Shown here in pieces: positions 61,340 through 64,000 of a DNA stretch of 64,000 nucleotides. Made by a program: the position numbers and the translations under genes. Position 1 is the stretch's first letter, and the number at the start of each line of letters is the position of its first letter. The notes beneath the pieces were generated by a model. The model saw only the letters and a list, made by a program, of their open reading frames with translations. It was not told the DNA's origin and ran no database searches. The stretch comes from Monocercomonoides exilis PA203 (lineage: Eukaryota; Protista; Preaxostyla), in NCBI GenBank assembly GCA_001643675.2, contig LSRY02000018.1, forward strand, positions 1,054,001 through 1,118,000. Direction: 5' to 3'.

Positions 61340-63560
61340 CATTCATTCTTCAATCTTTGAGCATTTTTACGCAATAGTTTCTGGTGCATTGGCCGCTTCA
61401 CTCATTGCGCTTTCACTTCCTTCTTCTAGTTCCAACAAATACATCTCCTTTATCATCCGTGCAGCGACTGTTGAATTCTTTGAGATAAGTTCACCGATAG
61501 AGTTATCTTTGCTTCAAGGAACAGATATTCATTTCTCTGCAACGTATTTATCAGAGTAGGAAGAAAAGTCGGACGCAGATGAAGAAAAACACATTATTTG
61601 AAGCTGTGCGGGAGGAGGTGCTGTCATGAAAGAATACGATGCAGAAAGAAAGAAAAATACAAGTGAGTATTTTGAAGTTGCCAAAGAGCGACAAAATATC
61701 ATAGAGGCATCTGTTTATCCAAACAAGATATGAAGATGAAAATAAAGGATCTGACATTTCATTATTTTTGGTTGAAGAAAAGACGAGTGAAAGAAGTGAA
61801 AGAAGAAGAAGAAGAAATTGAAATGGCTAACTGACCTTCATTCTCGTTCAACCTGCTGTTGATTTAAATTTCAATTCAACTTTTGATATTCACTTTGTTT
61901 CCACAACTTCATTATTTGTCATTTCTCTCTTCTTCTCTTTCTCCTTCAAATGTCCTACCCCTTCCGCTTCTTCTTGTAACATCTGCTTCAGAAACCGTCT
62001 GGCTGTTTCGAGTCTGTAGTTGAGTGAAGACAGTCAAATGTCTCCAGCAAGTGCCGTCGCATCAGCCATGCCAATGTCAGCAAGTGAGAGCAGAGAGAAG
62101 AACGACGTCCATTCTTTGGCCTGCTGGTGGGTGTATTGCTTGTGGATGATGGAAGAAGAGGCGAAAGAAGAAGAAGAGGCGGAAGAAGAAATAGATAATG
62201 ATAATGAAGAAGATGATAATGAAGAAGAAGAAGAACATGAAGAAGAAGCATCATAAGAATCCTTCACTGAATCAACTTCCTCCATCTCTTTCTGATTTCT
62301 TTCTCTTTCAAATGCCTCAATGAACTCCTGTGCGAGAATGTGGTCAACAACCATCTCATCAGTCACAATGTATGATGCACCATTAACACATTCACACAGA
62401 AGTGCGAGGTGAGCAGGCAAAATCTTCAGCAGGTTCGCCAGTTGCATCATTACTCGTGAATAAAGCGCACTCGATCGAAGAGACTCAGAATGAGTGTTGT
62501 ATAAATGTCCCCTCAGCGTTTCCTGCACAGATCAGGAGGAAGAAGAAGAGAAAGATAAGTTATTTCTTCTAATTTTGTTGGTTCTGCCTTTTTCTTCTTC
62601 TTTCGCTGTTTCTCCTTCTTCTTCTGCTTGTCCTCTCTTTCACATTGTTTGTCTGTAAATTAATTTGTCTCTGCTCCTTTGCCACATGCTGTGCGACAGA
62701 GTTGATGGAAGTCGTTCTGTTTTCCTTTTCCTCTGCCGTTTCAAAAAGGCTGCTGTTCTCCTTCAACAAGGACGGATAACAGTACAACAGCACTCCCAGC
62801 ATAAAATTCTTCTTTGCCGAAAAAAGCATCTCTGTCTGCAGCATCGCAAACTCTTGCTTCACAGCCAGCGGCGGTACCTCATCCAAAATGCTTCCGTCTT
62901 CCCACTTCGCAAAGAACACCGCTTCCCCGTCAGGCACCAGCCACCCGAAGCCTTCTCTCCACAGCTCTGCCAGCGCAATCATGTCCTGCTTCGGAAAGTC
63001 ATCTTCCGTGCCCTCTTTCGCAAAGTGCGCAGTGGCTCGACCGAAGTCGATGCGGTCGCTGCCAATGCCGTAGAGATGGTTCATTCAGTAGAACCGGTTG
63101 TGCTGTGTGCTGGCCAAATAGTCATTCTCTTCAGTTGCTTGAGAGAATGAAGGTTCCACTCCGGCTGTTTGTATCGCAGTGAAAAATGAATCTGCACCGC
63201 TTTTCTTCTCACTATCATAAAATTTGTAGTATGCTTGCTTGTTCTTTTTCAAAGCCGATCGAAATTTGGCAGACTTGTTCGCGATATGTTGAAAATCAAT
63301 GCAACTGTCAACTTCCATGGATTGATCAGCATCACAAGGTGGAATAACTCCAAGCCAGGAATAAAATGATGTGTATGTTGGAACAAAGGCCATGTTCAAA
63401 AGAGTCGAATGCGCCAAATTCATCATTAAAAAAAATGAAAAATAAAAGATCATGATCAATATTTATTATCAAAAAGGGATTATGCAACAGATTAGAGGCA
63501 AAAGAAAAGGAAGCTTCAGTGTTCATCGAAGAAGCAAATGCGTTAAACCCTATCACCTTT
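61340..63560 (-). CDS. Multi-exon hypothetical gene or pseudogene; start probably further right
   Basis: Same-strand coding-like blocks 63085-63459, 62569-63084, 62034-62528 and ~61340-61980, some abutting out of frame; no recognised domain. Confidence 0.45.
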
Positions 63561-64000
63561 AATATAAAAAAAGATGATTTTTTAAATTAGTTGAAAATTT
63601 CATTGAATTTATGTTTTTTTGAAAATATTGAAATTTATTCTAACATTCATAGAATTATCAGAATAATGTCTTTGGGAAAATAGAAAGATTCTGTCATATT
63701 CATTATTTAACAAAAATGCCAATGTTCCAAATTACTCGGAATATCCTTTATCCAACTTTTTATTAATTACTTTCAAAACACTTAATTGATTGGAAGTTGG
63801 GGTCAACTTTACATCATTTTATTATAGAAAGAAAAATGAAACAAATAACATAACTGTTTGTATCATAAAATACAATTATTAAAATATTCTTAAAACAAAG
63901 CAAACGATGAAAGGAAAATGTACAAATTAAATCATCAAATTTCTAGAATTTTCAAACCGAAATTTTCCCCGATTCGATTTATTGAAAAAAGATAACATAA

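Overview
Intron-rich, AT-rich eukaryotic (protist) genomic DNA read with the standard code. The gene style (short GT-AG introns, many starting GTTTG; purine-rich long exons; a beta-helix/transmembrane/kinase-like surface family) strongly resembles the oxymonad Monocercomonoides. That assignment is inference from pattern recognition, not a database match. Recognisable genes: casein kinase 1 with a very long low-complexity tail (runs off the window start), a THH1/TOM1/GPR137-like 7TM protein, a choline-transporter-like (CTL/SLC44) protein, a YhhN/TMEM86-family protein, a rhomboid protease head-to-head with an expanded CFAP44 (WDR52), and several hypothetical genes including a tandem paralog pair. 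A ~12.6 kb minus-strand gene encodes a ~4,200-aa receptor-like protein (signal peptide, eight ~390-aa repeat modules, TM helix, degenerate kinase); it is broken by four frameshifts, all in simple repeats. Mobile DNA is abundant: a decayed Merlin/IS1595 transposase with a CAGT-MITE in it, foldback-like CACC MITEs, an intron-containing pogo DD35D element and a decayed DIRS-type retrotransposon. The most interesting element is 3.65 kb long, has 231-bp near-identical GGCATA terminal inverted repeats and no transposase, and carries host-gene fragments, one of them from the same surface-receptor family (Pack-MULE-like capture). I could not support any rRNA, tRNA or CRISPR feature.
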